From positions 1-35,713 of the IMG/VR virus record IMGVR_UViG_3300035562_000049: a stretch of 35,713 nt of DNA; one strand, given 5' to 3'. The notes beneath the pieces were generated by a model. The model was not told the origin of the DNA, did no database searches, and saw only the letters and a list, made by a program, of their open reading frames with translations. Positions 8,185 to 17,598 of this stretch are shown one piece after another (positions within the stretch are counted from its first letter, which is position 1; each line of letters starts with the position of its first letter). This stretch comes from a virus (taxonomy: Duplodnaviria; Caudoviricetes). A program made the translations under genes and the position numbers.

Positions 8185-11115
8185 ATGGCAGACCGCAATT
8201 TAAATATTAAGGTGGCATTCAGCGCCCTTAATAACATGTCTCAACCTGTCAACGCAGCGCGCCAAAGTGCCGCTGCGCTGGCATCTCAAATCAATCAGAC
8301 AAAAACCAGTATCAAGGGGCTTGAGCGTCAAGCTTCCAGCTTCGATCGGCTGACCGCAGCCAATAAGAAAACCACTGACCAACTGGCCCAGGCAAAGACG
8401 CAGGCGCGTGAAATGGCGGCGGCTTTCGGCCCATTACGCCAGCGTAGCGCCGAGCAAGTTACCGCCCTCAATCAGCAGCGGGCAGCAATTCGCAACCTTA
8501 CCGCCCAGCAGAAAACGGAACAGGCCCAGCTCAACCAGTTACGCGCCAGCTTCTACAGTGAAGGAATTGCGATCAGCAGTACCAGCCGGGCGACGGAGCA
8601 AATCAGCCAGCGCACCGCGCAGTACAACCGCAAACTAACTGAGCAGCAGAGGCGGCTTGAGTCTGTCACGCAAGCACAGGCACGCTATGCTCGCGCCAAA
8701 GAAACGGGTGAGAAACTCAAAAGCGGCGGTATGAAGACCGCAGCGACCGGCGCGGCGGTGCTAGCCCCAGTAGCCGCTGCCATCAAAAGTTACAGCAGCC
8801 TGGAAGATGCCATGAAAGGCGTATCCAAACAGGTGAATGGCCTGCGTGATAATGACGGCAACCGCACAGCTCAGTTTGCTGAGATGCAAAAGGCCATTAA
8901 AGACGCTTCCGAAAACCTGCCCATGCCCAACGGGGCGGTTGATTATGCCGCTCTGGTAGAAGGCGGCGCGCGCATGGGGGTAGCGAACGGTGATGACCCA
9001 TGGCAAAAGCAGAAAAAAGACCTGTTGGACTTTGCCAACACTGCCGCCATGGCTTCTAAGGCGTTTGAGTTACCCGCTGACCAACTATCGGAAAGCCTGG
9101 GTAAGATTGCTGGCCTGTACAAAATCCCCATTCAGGATATAGGTAATCTCGGCGACACGATTAACTACCTGGACGACAACGCAAAATCAAAAGGCTCTGA
9201 CATTATCGACGTGTTGCAGCGTGTAGGCGGCGCGGCCGATCAGCTCGGCTATCAGAATGCGGCGGCGCTGGGTTCTACGTTCCTTACTTTGGGCGAACAA
9301 TCAGAAACTGCTGGGACAGCAGTCAAAGCTATGGTGCGTGAGCTGGGTAACGCAGAAGTTCAACCTAAGCGATTTATGGAGGGGCTAGATGCCCTGGGCC
9401 TAAGCGCCGAAAAGGTGCAGAAAAACATGGCAAAAGACGCCATGGGCACCATCATGGCTGTAATGGAGTCTACCAAAAAGCTGGAACCGGATAAGCAAAT
9501 GAACGTGCTCACCCAGCTCTTTGGTGATGAATATGCCATGGCAGTATCCAAAGTTGCCAACAACCTGCCGGAACTACGCAGACAGCTAGAATTAACCCAC
9601 GGCACCGCGTCGAAAGGCTCTATGAAGAGGGAGTCTGATATTGATAAAGATTCGCTATCCTCTCAATGGCAGATAACAAAAGCTCAGTTCAGCAACAATT
9701 TTAGCGCCCTGGGTGAGTCAATGCGCGGCCCGATGATGGGGATAATGAACTCAGTCGGCGGCGTTCTGAAATCGATCCGGAACTGGATTGAAGCCAACCC
9801 CGCCTTAGTCGCTACCATCATGAAAATCGTCACTGCAATTGGCGCTATTCTTGCGGGTGTTGGTGCGCTTATGTTGGCGTTAGGTGCCTTACTCGGCCCG
9901 ATGGCGCTTGTCCGCCTGAGCTTCACCACGCTGGCAGGTGAAGGCGGGATTGCAAAAATGATGGCCGGTATTACCCGCCTGGGTGGTGCGTTCCAGTGGC
10001 TCGCAGGTTCCCCAATGCAGGCGCTGTCAACTGCCGGGCGGGCAGTCTTCGGCCCACTTATCACGCTGTTAGCTGGCGTCACTGCACCTGTCTGGGGTCT
10101 GATCGCCCTATTTGCTGTCGTCACTATTGCGATCATTAAGTTCTGGCAACCCATCAAAGCATTTTTCAGCGGCTTCTTTACTGGGCTAATGCAAGGGTTG
10201 CAGCCTATTTTCTCAGTCGTGTCTTCCGTATTTTCACCACTGGCCCCCATGTTTGACGCTATCGGCTCGGCGCTCAACACCGTCTGGGACTGGTTTACCA
10301 AACTGTTTGAACCTATCAAGTTTTCCAGTGAGGCCCTGGAAACTTGCACCAGCGCGGGTGAAACCTTCGGGCGGGTTTTCGGTGCAGCATTAAGCGGCCT
10401 GCTGTGGCCTCTTAAAAAGCTGATGGAAGGTATCGGATGGGTACTTGAGAAGCTAGGCTTAATTCCTTCGGGATTAGATGCAGCACGAGCCAAGGCAGAA
10501 AGTCTAAAAAAAGAGCCGGTTGCGTGGGAGTGGGATCCGAAGCAGAAAAAAATGGTTAAAAAGGCCTGGAGTTGGTCGCCAAAACAACCAGTGACAGATC
10601 CATCCTCTTTAATGGCTAAGTTGCAATCACTGTTCGCAACTCCTGACCTGAAAGGCCCGGCCAATCTGACACCAAAAATGAGCAGCAGCCTGGATAAGAT
10701 TGCTGACAATACGGGCAAGATGGCCGCAAAAGATGGCCCCGGCGAAATCGTCTTCAAAAATAAACAGCCGTACATTCCGATCCGTGGGGGATACGCCGAG
10801 CCGGTGCAACAGGCAAAGCGTCAGCTACCATCACTCACGACATGGATACAGCAGCAGGCGGGTGCGCTGGTTTCTTCGGTGCTTCCGTACAGCGTCCAGC
10901 AGCCTGCGGCCCGTTCGCCAGTCTCTGCGGTTCCATCTGCGGCATCCGTGGCGGCGCTGATGCCTGGCGGCGACATGTTCAACTTTGAGATCAATATCAC
11001 CGACGCGGGCAAACTGGATGAACAAAAGCTTGTCCAGCGCATCCGCGAAGAGTTCACCCTTGCCCAGCAGCAGACCGCACGGCGCAAGCGCTCACAACTG
11101 ACCGATCACGAATAA
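8185..11115 (+). CDS. T: Tail tape measure protein gpT
   Basis: 976 aa, Ala-rich helical N-terminus, DTINYLDDN core, hydrophobic region and W/F-spaced repeats. Confidence 0.95.
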   Translation: MADRNLNIKVAFSALNNMSQPVNAARQSAAALASQINQTKTSIKGLERQASSFDRLTAANKKTTDQLAQAKTQAREMAAAFGPLRQRSAEQVTALNQQRAAIRNLTAQQKTEQAQLNQLRASFYSEGIAISSTSRATEQISQRTAQYNRKLTEQQRRLESVTQAQARYARAKETGEKLKSGGMKTAATGAAVLAPVAAAIKSYSSLEDAMKGVSKQVNGLRDNDGNRTAQFAEMQKAIKDASENLPMPNGAVDYAALVEGGARMGVANGDDPWQKQKKDLLDFANTAAMASKAFELPADQLSESLGKIAGLYKIPIQDIGNLGDTINYLDDNAKSKGSDIIDVLQRVGGAADQLGYQNAAALGSTFLTLGEQSETAGTAVKAMVRELGNAEVQPKRFMEGLDALGLSAEKVQKNMAKDAMGTIMAVMESTKKLEPDKQMNVLTQLFGDEYAMAVSKVANNLPELRRQLELTHGTASKGSMKRESDIDKDSLSSQWQITKAQFSNNFSALGESMRGPMMGIMNSVGGVLKSIRNWIEANPALVATIMKIVTAIGAILAGVGALMLALGALLGPMALVRLSFTTLAGEGGIAKMMAGITRLGGAFQWLAGSPMQALSTAGRAVFGPLITLLAGVTAPVWGLIALFAVVTIAIIKFWQPIKAFFSGFFTGLMQGLQPIFSVVSSVFSPLAPMFDAIGSALNTVWDWFTKLFEPIKFSSEALETCTSAGETFGRVFGAALSGLLWPLKKLMEGIGWVLEKLGLIPSGLDAARAKAESLKKEPVAWEWDPKQKKMVKKAWSWSPKQPVTDPSSLMAKLQSLFATPDLKGPANLTPKMSSSLDKIADNTGKMAAKDGPGEIVFKNKQPYIPIRGGYAEPVQQAKRQLPSLTTWIQQQAGALVSSVLPYSVQQPAARSPVSAVPSAASVAALMPGGDMFNFEINITDAGKLDEQKLVQRIREEFTLAQQQTARRKRSQLTDHE

Positions 11116-11125
11116 GGGCACCACT

Positions 11126-11575
11126 ATGATGATGATCCTTGGCATGTTCCCGTTTGCGCTGCAATCCACGCCTTACCAAACATCGAACCAGGCCAACACA
11201 TGGCGGCACGTCAAAAACGATCGCGTAGGGAAGTCCCCGCGCTATCAGTACATCGGGCCAGACGAAGAGCCGATCACGCTCTCCGGTACGCTGTACCCTG
11301 AAATCAGCGGCGGCGACGTGTCACTAACCACACTGGAAACGATGGCGTATACCGGCAGAGCCTGGCCCCTGATTGAGGGCACCGGCAAGATTTACGGCAT
11401 GTATGTGATCGACGGCTTAACCCAGAATCGCACTGAGTTTTTTCAGGATGGTAAAGCGCGGAAAATTGATTTTACCCTCAGCCTGAAAAAGGTCAGCGAG
11501 GATATTCGGGAAAAGCTGGCGGAAATCACCAATGATGATGTGTTGTCTATGGTCAAGGCGGGGGTGAATTTTTAA
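11126..11575 (+). CDS. U: Tail protein gpU
   Basis: MMMILGMFPF, ITLSGTLYPEISGG, AWPLIEGTG, KIDFTLSL. Confidence 0.93.
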   Translation: MMMILGMFPFALQSTPYQTSNQANTWRHVKNDRVGKSPRYQYIGPDEEPITLSGTLYPEISGGDVSLTTLETMAYTGRAWPLIEGTGKIYGMYVIDGLTQNRTEFFQDGKARKIDFTLSLKKVSEDIREKLAEITNDDVLSMVKAGVNF

Positions 11576-11593
11576 TCTTGATTGTTCTGACCA

Positions 11594-11680
11594 ACACGAC
11601 CATTTGCGGCAGTGTTGGCCAATTTGCATCGAGCACCGTCATTTTTGACACTGCTGCAGCCCGATCATTTTAGACAGTGC
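11594..11680 (+). repeat. Palindrome-array element, copy 1 (three 22-bp units)
   Basis: Units at 11594-11615, 11633-11654 and 11659-11680; aligns with the reverse complement of 26706-26791. Confidence 0.9.
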
Positions 11681-11689
11681 CGCATGGCA

Positions 11690-12121
11690 CTATCGGGCCG
11701 CAGGCTTATCCGGCCAGATGATATCTGGTGCGGTTGAAGCATCAACACGCGACAACAACACGCGATATTTTCGCCATTCTGAATACCTTTTCAACTCTTC
11801 GTCAGTGGCTATGTCTAACTCCACAGCATCTTGTAACGGGGCGATCAACACTGTTGCTTCCGCAAGCAGATTCTGCCGTCTACTTTCTGCCTCCGCAATG
11901 ACGACCTCTTTCGTCTTTGATGGAGTATTAGCCCAGGCGGGATAACCATCATTCCCAGCTTCGCGATATTTCCCCAATGGGGGAGTATTTATAAAGTATT
12001 CCATAAACACGCCCTCCGATATTTCAACCAAATCTTCCGGCAGCGTTCCGGCTGCCCTATAGGCAGGCATGAGCGTTTGCGGATAGGCAACGTTTTGCGA
12101 CGGTGAATAATAAGTTGTCAT
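11690..12121 (-). CDS. Tail fibre assembly chaperone (gpG/Tfa-like)
   Basis: IAPLQDAVELDIATDEE...WRKYRVLLSRVD...WP.KP C-terminus; directly after the fibre gene. Confidence 0.92.
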   Translation of the reverse strand: MTTYYSPSQNVAYPQTLMPAYRAAGTLPEDLVEISEGVFMEYFINTPPLGKYREAGNDGYPAWANTPSKTKEVVIAEAESRRQNLLAEATVLIAPLQDAVELDIATDEELKRYSEWRKYRVLLSRVDASTAPDIIWPDKPAAR

Positions 12122-12122
12122 A

Positions 12123-13268
12123 TTAGTACCCTATAGCCAGCCAGTGAATTGTCGGTGTATAGCCCAACACGCGAGAGGTTACAGACACACAGGCCTGACT
12201 CCTTGAACCTGTTTTCCCATCACCCCCCGCACTCATATTCGAACGCACGAACGTATTAAACTCACTTGATTGGCTCTCAAACGTTGAGCCGGCCAAATTC
12301 ATGAAATTGACCAACGCCATGTTAGGGAAGGCAATGTGATAATCTGGCTTTGAGAAATGCGTATACCATGTAATTCCGCCAACGGATTCGGGGTTATAAT
12401 TTCCAGTTGGCTGTAACGACCATATTCCCCACTGAATGACAATGCCGCTTGGCAGGTACTGAATACCGTTAGACCCTTTTAACCCTTGGAAATATGACAT
12501 ATCCGGCAATTGTAAGCTGCCATTCCCCGCGCTGCGCTTTGCTGCCGACTTCAGCCCCAGATTATTACAAAATTCATCAATATCAGGAATATCAGCCCCA
12601 TTTTCGTCTTTTGCCAGACCGCCTTTGGCAAGGTCATAAGCGGCCTTTACGGCTTTAGGTGTTGCCGCTAGCGTCTCACTACTGCTGTCCGTGTCGCTGC
12701 TCAGTTGTACGAAACCTTTTTCTTTCAGCGTACCATCCGGGTGATCGCGTGATTCAGCATGGCTTTTAATCACACCGTCAACATAGTTTTTTACCTCAAT
12801 GATCGCATCATCAACATACTGCCGGGTTGCCAGTACTACGGACGGATCAATCTTGAGCGTTATCGCCTGGGTGCTGCTGACAATCAGAATGACGCGGATC
12901 ACCTGCACCCGCCCGCTACCTTCCTGCAACAGTGGCTTGTAGGTTTCTGCACAGTTGGCGATAGCAATTAAATCGCCCGCGCTGTCATACAGACCAATCT
13001 CACGGATCCACCACCCGCCCACGTCTTCCGGGATCACCTGTTCAGTAATAATCTGGTTGGTGTTTACGGGGTCAATGGTCAATGTGTTAAGCGGTGCCCG
13101 ACGCAGCTCATGCACCAATGTCGTTTGCGCCGGGTTGGGTGTCGGCAGTACGCCGTTGCCATCGCCTACCGCCATTTGAGTGATTTCAACCTTCTCACCC
13201 AATGCTGTGGCGTTTGCCAGCTTTGCGGCCCCGATATTGGTCAGCAGGGCATAATATTTAGTTGCCAC
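12123..13268 (-). CDS. H: Tail fibre protein gpH (short form)
   Basis: P2 gpH N-terminus (GGWWIREIGL, YKPLLQEGSGR, DPSVVLATRQYVD), KGFVQLSS / AATPKAVK repeat, LPSGIVIQWG distal domain. Confidence 0.92.
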   Translation of the reverse strand: MATKYYALLTNIGAAKLANATALGEKVEITQMAVGDGNGVLPTPNPAQTTLVHELRRAPLNTLTIDPVNTNQIITEQVIPEDVGGWWIREIGLYDSAGDLIAIANCAETYKPLLQEGSGRVQVIRVILIVSSTQAITLKIDPSVVLATRQYVDDAIIEVKNYVDGVIKSHAESRDHPDGTLKEKGFVQLSSDTDSSSETLAATPKAVKAAYDLAKGGLAKDENGADIPDIDEFCNNLGLKSAAKRSAGNGSLQLPDMSYFQGLKGSNGIQYLPSGIVIQWGIWSLQPTGNYNPESVGGITWYTHFSKPDYHIAFPNMALVNFMNLAGSTFESQSSEFNTFVRSNMSAGGDGKTGSRSQACVSVTSRVLGYTPTIHWLAIGY

Positions 13269-13875
13269 TTGTTGTGATCTCCACGGTATCTATCAAATGA
13301 ATCGCACTGCCCACATATTCCGCACCACCCACAGCGATGGTTTCAGGGAAGTAGGGGTACACGGTTAGCGTGTCGCCCAGGTAAGCGGACGCACCAACAT
13401 AAAAAGGGCCAGTAGTCTGTAAGTGCAGGCTCATGCCCAGCATGTGACGGCTACACGGCTTAACATCGGCAATCAGCCGTTCAAGCTCCTGGTAGGTTTC
13501 TTCGCTGATCCCTTCCTCTTCAACGCCAATATCCAGCGTGAACGTGCCGGGGTCGGTGTTGATGTTCCACCACTCATTAACCCGGATGAAGTAGCCGAAC
13601 GGCTCCACCACGCGCCGCATGGCTCCGGTGGTACCCTTGTGCTTGTGCAAGTAAAACGCATCCTCTATCGCTTTACGCTTCGTCGCCTGGGGCCAATTCT
13701 CATCCCAACGATCGACAGAGAACGCCCATGCAAGGTAGGGCAGCAATTCAACCGGGCAGGTGGTCGGATCCCAGAGCTTGCGCAGCGGTACCCGCACTTC
13801 GCCAAGTGTGGCGCAGACGCGGGCGGCGATACGTTCAAGACGTGAAGCACTCGGCGGCAGAAGGGATTTACTCAT
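13258..13875 (-). CDS. I: Tail/baseplate protein gpI
   Basis: LLPP, CPVELLPYLAWAFSVDRWD, HKGT, KPCSRH. Confidence 0.95.
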   Translation of the reverse strand: MSKSLLPPSASRLERIAARVCATLGEVRVPLRKLWDPTTCPVELLPYLAWAFSVDRWDENWPQATKRKAIEDAFYLHKHKGTTGAMRRVVEPFGYFIRVNEWWNINTDPGTFTLDIGVEEEGISEETYQELERLIADVKPCSRHMLGMSLHLQTTGPFYVGASAYLGDTLTVYPYFPETIAVGGAEYVGSAIHLIDTVEITTSGN

Positions 13876-14779
13876 CGTAGCCCCCCACCGTTATGGTGTA
13901 GCCGGTGCAGTGAGAAGCCTGCGTATCATTAAGCACGATATCCGCCACAGGCTGCGCCAATTCCACCCTCTGCACCCCTTCGACGTGCAGTGCGGCATAA
14001 ATGGCAGACAAACGGATATCGCGCCCCAGACGACGCTGATCGGCAATGTATGCCTGTAACTTCTGTTCAGATGCCTGCCGCACCGGCTCGGACTCTGGCC
14101 CCGGATAGATATACAGCGTGGCATCAATCTCATAGGGTACGATTTCCGCAGCCTGCACGGTCACGCGGTCGGCAACCGGGCGCACCTCTTCGCCATTCAG
14201 AGCGTTGGCAACAATATCAATCAGCTCTTGGCTGGCGGTACCGTCCCCTTCGCGGGAAAGCACAGAGACAGTAACGCAGGCAGGTGTTGGGCTGACGGCA
14301 GAAACATCAGCAACGCGCCCATCCGCAGACAGACCAAAAAATTCATATGCCGCCGTTGGCCCGGCAACGCTCAGCCCCTCAAACGCCTGCGGGGTGCGAA
14401 CACGCAGATCGGCATCAGACTCCATCACGGCAGGTACAGGCGGCACAACGCTGTCATTCTCAGGTGTGATGGTCAGGCGCTCTACATTGAAGTTTGCCGC
14501 CAGCTGATCCAAATCACTGCCCACGGAGTACGCCACCATCACCGCCCGCGCCGCTTCGTTCACGCGCTGGCGTAGCAGTAACTCGCGGTAGCAGTTTTCT
14601 TCCAGCAGCAGGGTGATCGGCTCAGATTCCAGTGAAAGGGTGCGGGCAATGGCTTCCTGCTCATCCTCCGGGTAAAGGGCGATAAATGCCGCCTTACGCT
14701 CATTGAACAGCGTTTCAAAGTCCAACGGCTCAACCACCACCGGGGGCGGTAATTGGGAAAGGTCAATAGTTCCGCTCAT
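13868..14779 (-). CDS. J: Baseplate assembly protein gpJ
   Basis: IDLSQLPPP, RQRVNEAA, SVAGPTAAY, VRPVADRV. Confidence 0.95.
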   Translation of the reverse strand: MSGTIDLSQLPPPVVVEPLDFETLFNERKAAFIALYPEDEQEAIARTLSLESEPITLLLEENCYRELLLRQRVNEAARAVMVAYSVGSDLDQLAANFNVERLTITPENDSVVPPVPAVMESDADLRVRTPQAFEGLSVAGPTAAYEFFGLSADGRVADVSAVSPTPACVTVSVLSREGDGTASQELIDIVANALNGEEVRPVADRVTVQAAEIVPYEIDATLYIYPGPESEPVRQASEQKLQAYIADQRRLGRDIRLSAIYAALHVEGVQRVELAQPVADIVLNDTQASHCTGYTITVGGYDE

Positions 14780-15141
14780 GCGTGCACCTGCCTGCCGATC
14801 GTCACATCTGCGGTAAAGAGTGATTGTGTATCGGTGCGGCTGGCTTTGATGGTGGCAACCATTTGCCCGGTGCCGGTTTCTGTCAGCACGATATTGGTCA
14901 GCGAGATCCGCGGCTCCCAGAGGAACAGCGCGCTGTATATCGCGGACATAATGCGAAGACGCGTTACCGCATTACCTGGCTGATCAATCAGGTTATTGAG
15001 CTGCGAACCATAAGCGCGGCGCATGACACGCGACCCCACTGGCGTTAACAAAATATCGCTGATGGACTGTGTAATGTGCTCGTTATCGGTAAGCACTTTG
15101 CCGGTATCGGCATTCATCCCGCTATACCTTGCGCCGGTCAT
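14776..15141 (-). CDS. W: Baseplate wedge protein gpW (gp25-like)
   Basis: DILLTPVGSRVMRRAYGS, WEPRI. Confidence 0.95.
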   Translation of the reverse strand: MTGARYSGMNADTGKVLTDNEHITQSISDILLTPVGSRVMRRAYGSQLNNLIDQPGNAVTRLRIMSAIYSALFLWEPRISLTNIVLTETGTGQMVATIKASRTDTQSLFTADVTIGRQVHA

Positions 15142-15773
15142 TGCGGGCCTTCCGTCTGGCTTCCGCCACGCTCTACGCCGCCGTGTTTATGGGTATGCAA
15201 CACAACGCCATTTGATGTGATGCTGCCGCCGCCATGTTCAAGGTTGCCGGTCATTTTTCCGCCTTGCTTCATCTCAAACGTGGCACAAGAGAGCTTCTTA
15301 GTGCAGACCACCTCCGGCGTATCAAGGGTGATCGAAGTTGTTGCCGTACAGGTTATTTCTGGCGCGGTCGCTGCGATGGATTCAGAGGCCTCAACGGTTG
15401 CACTCTTCACCCCGATAGCAACCAGCGCACCGGTTGCCGGGTCGTAGGAGACTTGCGCGCCGTCAGGGTGCTTTGTCACACTGGATGTTTCGCCACTATC
15501 TGGCGGCTTGGCGCTGTCGCTGTACAAACTGCCCATGATGACGGCATTTTCCAGATCACCACAGGGGGCAAAAAGTAACACCTGTTCGCCTGGTGTTGGT
15601 GCCCACCATGTAACAGCCGTTCCGGCACGCATTGCCGCCCAGCGGATCCAGTCCGTTGTATTCTCCCCCGTTGAGACTCGCGCAACTGGCGGCTCAGCAG
15701 CAAGATCAACATCCGTCACCGTACCAATGCGGATAAGGTTACAGATCAGGCGATAGAGTTCATTCAGGTTCAT
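15138..15773 (-). CDS. V: Baseplate spike protein gpV
   Basis: NLIRIGTV, WWAPTPGEQV, C-terminal HTHKHGGV metal-binding tip. Confidence 0.95.
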   Translation of the reverse strand: MNLNELYRLICNLIRIGTVTDVDLAAEPPVARVSTGENTTDWIRWAAMRAGTAVTWWAPTPGEQVLLFAPCGDLENAVIMGSLYSDSAKPPDSGETSSVTKHPDGAQVSYDPATGALVAIGVKSATVEASESIAATAPEITCTATTSITLDTPEVVCTKKLSCATFEMKQGGKMTGNLEHGGGSITSNGVVLHTHKHGGVERGGSQTEGPQ

Positions 15774-15841
15774 AAGCTGGCTGCGTCAGTAAATTTACAG
15801 CCAGTTTCATGATCCACGCGCGCGCAAGCAACGCGCGGCAG

Positions 15842-15861
15842 TTGTCAGAGGTTGGTAACAA
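15842..15861. promoter_or_regulatory. Ogr-binding site of the V-operon promoter
   Basis: TTGT-cagaggttggta-ACAA matches TGT-N12-ACA, upstream of V. Confidence 0.8.
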
Positions 15862-15880
15862 TCGAAGGTGATACCGGCAG

Positions 15881-15944
15881 GCACTGCCACGTATGGCAGT
15901 AGTGGCCATACGTATCGATCACGGTCACTTTTAACCGTGCTGCA
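15881..15944 (+). repeat. Palindrome-array element, copy 2 (two 22-bp units plus linkers)
   Basis: Units at 15881-15902 and 15919-15940, linker TGGCCAtacgtATCGA and trailing TGCA as in the other copies. Confidence 0.85.
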
Positions 15945-15952
15945 GGATGGGG

Positions 15953-16585
15953 TCAGGGTTGCAAAAAGCTGACAACAGCACCCGCCAGCCAGTCAAGATC
16001 ACCGTCCGTCAATCCCAGCAGCTCACGCGCCGGGTAGCGAGTGCGGGCACCGGGTGCCACAGTATCAACCTCACCGTACTGGTGAACGCTGGCGATCTCC
16101 GCTGTATGGCCTTTGTAACCCACAACGGCAGCGCTGGCGGTACCGTAGGCTTTGAGAAAGCGGGCGGTACGCAGACGGCGGAACATCTTTTCTTTACGGT
16201 TAGTGGAGCGTTTGGTCTGGTTGAGATGGATCTCAATATAGCGCTGAATGTCACGCTTGTAGAAAGTGCGTAGCCCGCCCTTTTCCACATCGTAACCGGT
16301 GATAGCGCGCTGTTCTCCCCGTCCGGTGGTTCGCCAGTTACTCAGCTCACGCGTTTCATCATTCCACAGGAATTTCACACCGCCCTGGGTGCGGAGAATT
16401 TTACGGCGGCGGGCGGCATAACTCTCACCGCTGGGGTTCTTCTGGCTGTTGATGCGCTGTTGCTGGCGCTTACGCAGGCCAATAGCCACCTCACGCGTGA
16501 GCTTACGGCGCTGGCCCGGCGCAAGCTGCGCCGCCACGGTGGCAAGATATTCATCAAGGACGTGAAACAGCGGATCAACGTTCAT
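15953..16585 (-). CDS. S: Tail completion / virion morphogenesis protein gpS
   Basis: QQQRINSQKNPSG..Y..R, MFRRLR, VHQYG, YPARELLG. Confidence 0.9.
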   Translation of the reverse strand: MNVDPLFHVLDEYLATVAAQLAPGQRRKLTREVAIGLRKRQQQRINSQKNPSGESYAARRRKILRTQGGVKFLWNDETRELSNWRTTGRGEQRAITGYDVEKGGLRTFYKRDIQRYIEIHLNQTKRSTNRKEKMFRRLRTARFLKAYGTASAAVVGYKGHTAEIASVHQYGEVDTVAPGARTRYPARELLGLTDGDLDWLAGAVVSFLQP

Positions 16586-17053
16586 TTAGTCCGTCCATGT
16601 TTCGCCGCTCACCTGATCGGAGAAGACCAGCGACCAGGCACCCAGCTCCGGCCCCGGCATAGGATCGGCGCGGTGTGAAATGACCGGCTTACCGTTTTCA
16701 ACTTTAACCACTACCGCCTCACTGGCCTGGATCTTGATAAGCACGTCCATGGTGGAGTTGCTCAAAATATCCGCTTCAAAGGTGATACCGTCGCGGGCAC
16801 GATCAGGGTTAAACAGCAGCTCAGGCTGATACAGACGCGCCCATGCAAGGATCGGTAAGCTGATGGAGTCCAGCGGCTCCGGGTAATCCATGACCAACAC
16901 TTCAATGGTGTATTCGTATTCAAATGAGGCAGAACGCTGCCCGGTGCTCACCATGCGCCCTTTCTGGACATATACCGCCAGATTGTCAGGATTATCACGC
17001 AACCACGGCACCGCCTGGCTGATGTGTTGCCGCAACAGGTCAGGTTTTAACAT
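16586..17053 (-). CDS. R: Tail completion protein gpR
   Basis: MLKPDLLR, NPDNL, SFEYEY, QPELL, FEADIL. Confidence 0.9.
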   Translation of the reverse strand: MLKPDLLRQHISQAVPWLRDNPDNLAVYVQKGRMVSTGQRSASFEYEYTIEVLVMDYPEPLDSISLPILAWARLYQPELLFNPDRARDGITFEADILSNSTMDVLIKIQASEAVVVKVENGKPVISHRADPMPGPELGAWSLVFSDQVSGETWTD

Positions 17054-17055
17054 CG

Positions 17056-17598
17056 TTATTTCTCCACCGCTTTGACCACTGTTAACGCATCATAAGCCGT
17101 TTCACAGGTTAGCCCTCGGATCCTTGCCTGATCAGCAATTGCCGCCAGCTCTCCCGCTCGCTGGTCAGCGCGGCGGAACAACTCGGCAAGCAGCTCGCTG
17201 CCGGAGGTGCCTGCCGCGCTTCCGCTGGCAGTTGCGGCACGGCGGGCGCGCTCACTTGCTGCCAGTCTGGTGGCAAGTTTTGCGGCTTCGTCATGCAGCC
17301 CGTCAGAAACAGCGCGGGCGCGGTCAGCATCAGCAACGGCCTGAGCAATCTGCCCCTCAGCCCTTTTCTCAATCGCATCTATTTCCCCTTGTCGGCGCTG
17401 CTCTTCGGCGCGGGCGCTGGCCTGCCGCTTTGCCAGCGCGGTAGCATCGTCGGCATCCCGCTGTTTCCATTTCAGTGCCCAGGCGGTGTCAGCCTCACCG
17501 TACCCAGCGGTATAGAGCTGATGGCTGAACCACCAGACAACCAGACCACATAGCACAGCGATCAACGCCGGTTTCCAGTAAGACAGCAGCCAGCTCAT
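17056..17598 (-). CDS. Rz-like inner-membrane spanin (DUF2514-like)
   Basis: One N-terminal TM helix, Ala-rich coiled coil, C-terminal GLTCETAYDAL; follows the endolysin. Confidence 0.85.
   Translation of the reverse strand: MSWLLSYWKPALIAVLCGLVVWWFSHQLYTAGYGEADTAWALKWKQRDADDATALAKRQASARAEEQRRQGEIDAIEKRAEGQIAQAVADADRARAVSDGLHDEAAKLATRLAASERARRAATASGSAAGTSGSELLAELFRRADQRAGELAAIADQARIRGLTCETAYDALTVVKAVEK
17109..17378 (-). CDS. Rz1-like outer-membrane lipoprotein spanin embedded in Rz
   Basis: Basic N-terminus, hydrophobic stretch, lipobox LTGC and Pro-rich mature part; lies wholly inside Rz in another frame. Exact start uncertain. Confidence 0.8.
   Translation of the reverse strand: MRLRKGLRGRLLRPLLMLTAPALFLTGCMTKPQNLPPDWQQVSAPAVPQLPAEARQAPPAASCLPSCSAALTSERESWRQLLIRQGSEG

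Noticed and set aside
9684-10775. 363-aa minus-strand ORF
   Set aside because: Wholly antisense to the tape measure gene with no recognisable motifs; a shadow ORF.
11576-13268. Invertible tail-fibre cassette
   Set aside because: No serine invertase gene, no second fibre tip and no inverted crossover sites seen.
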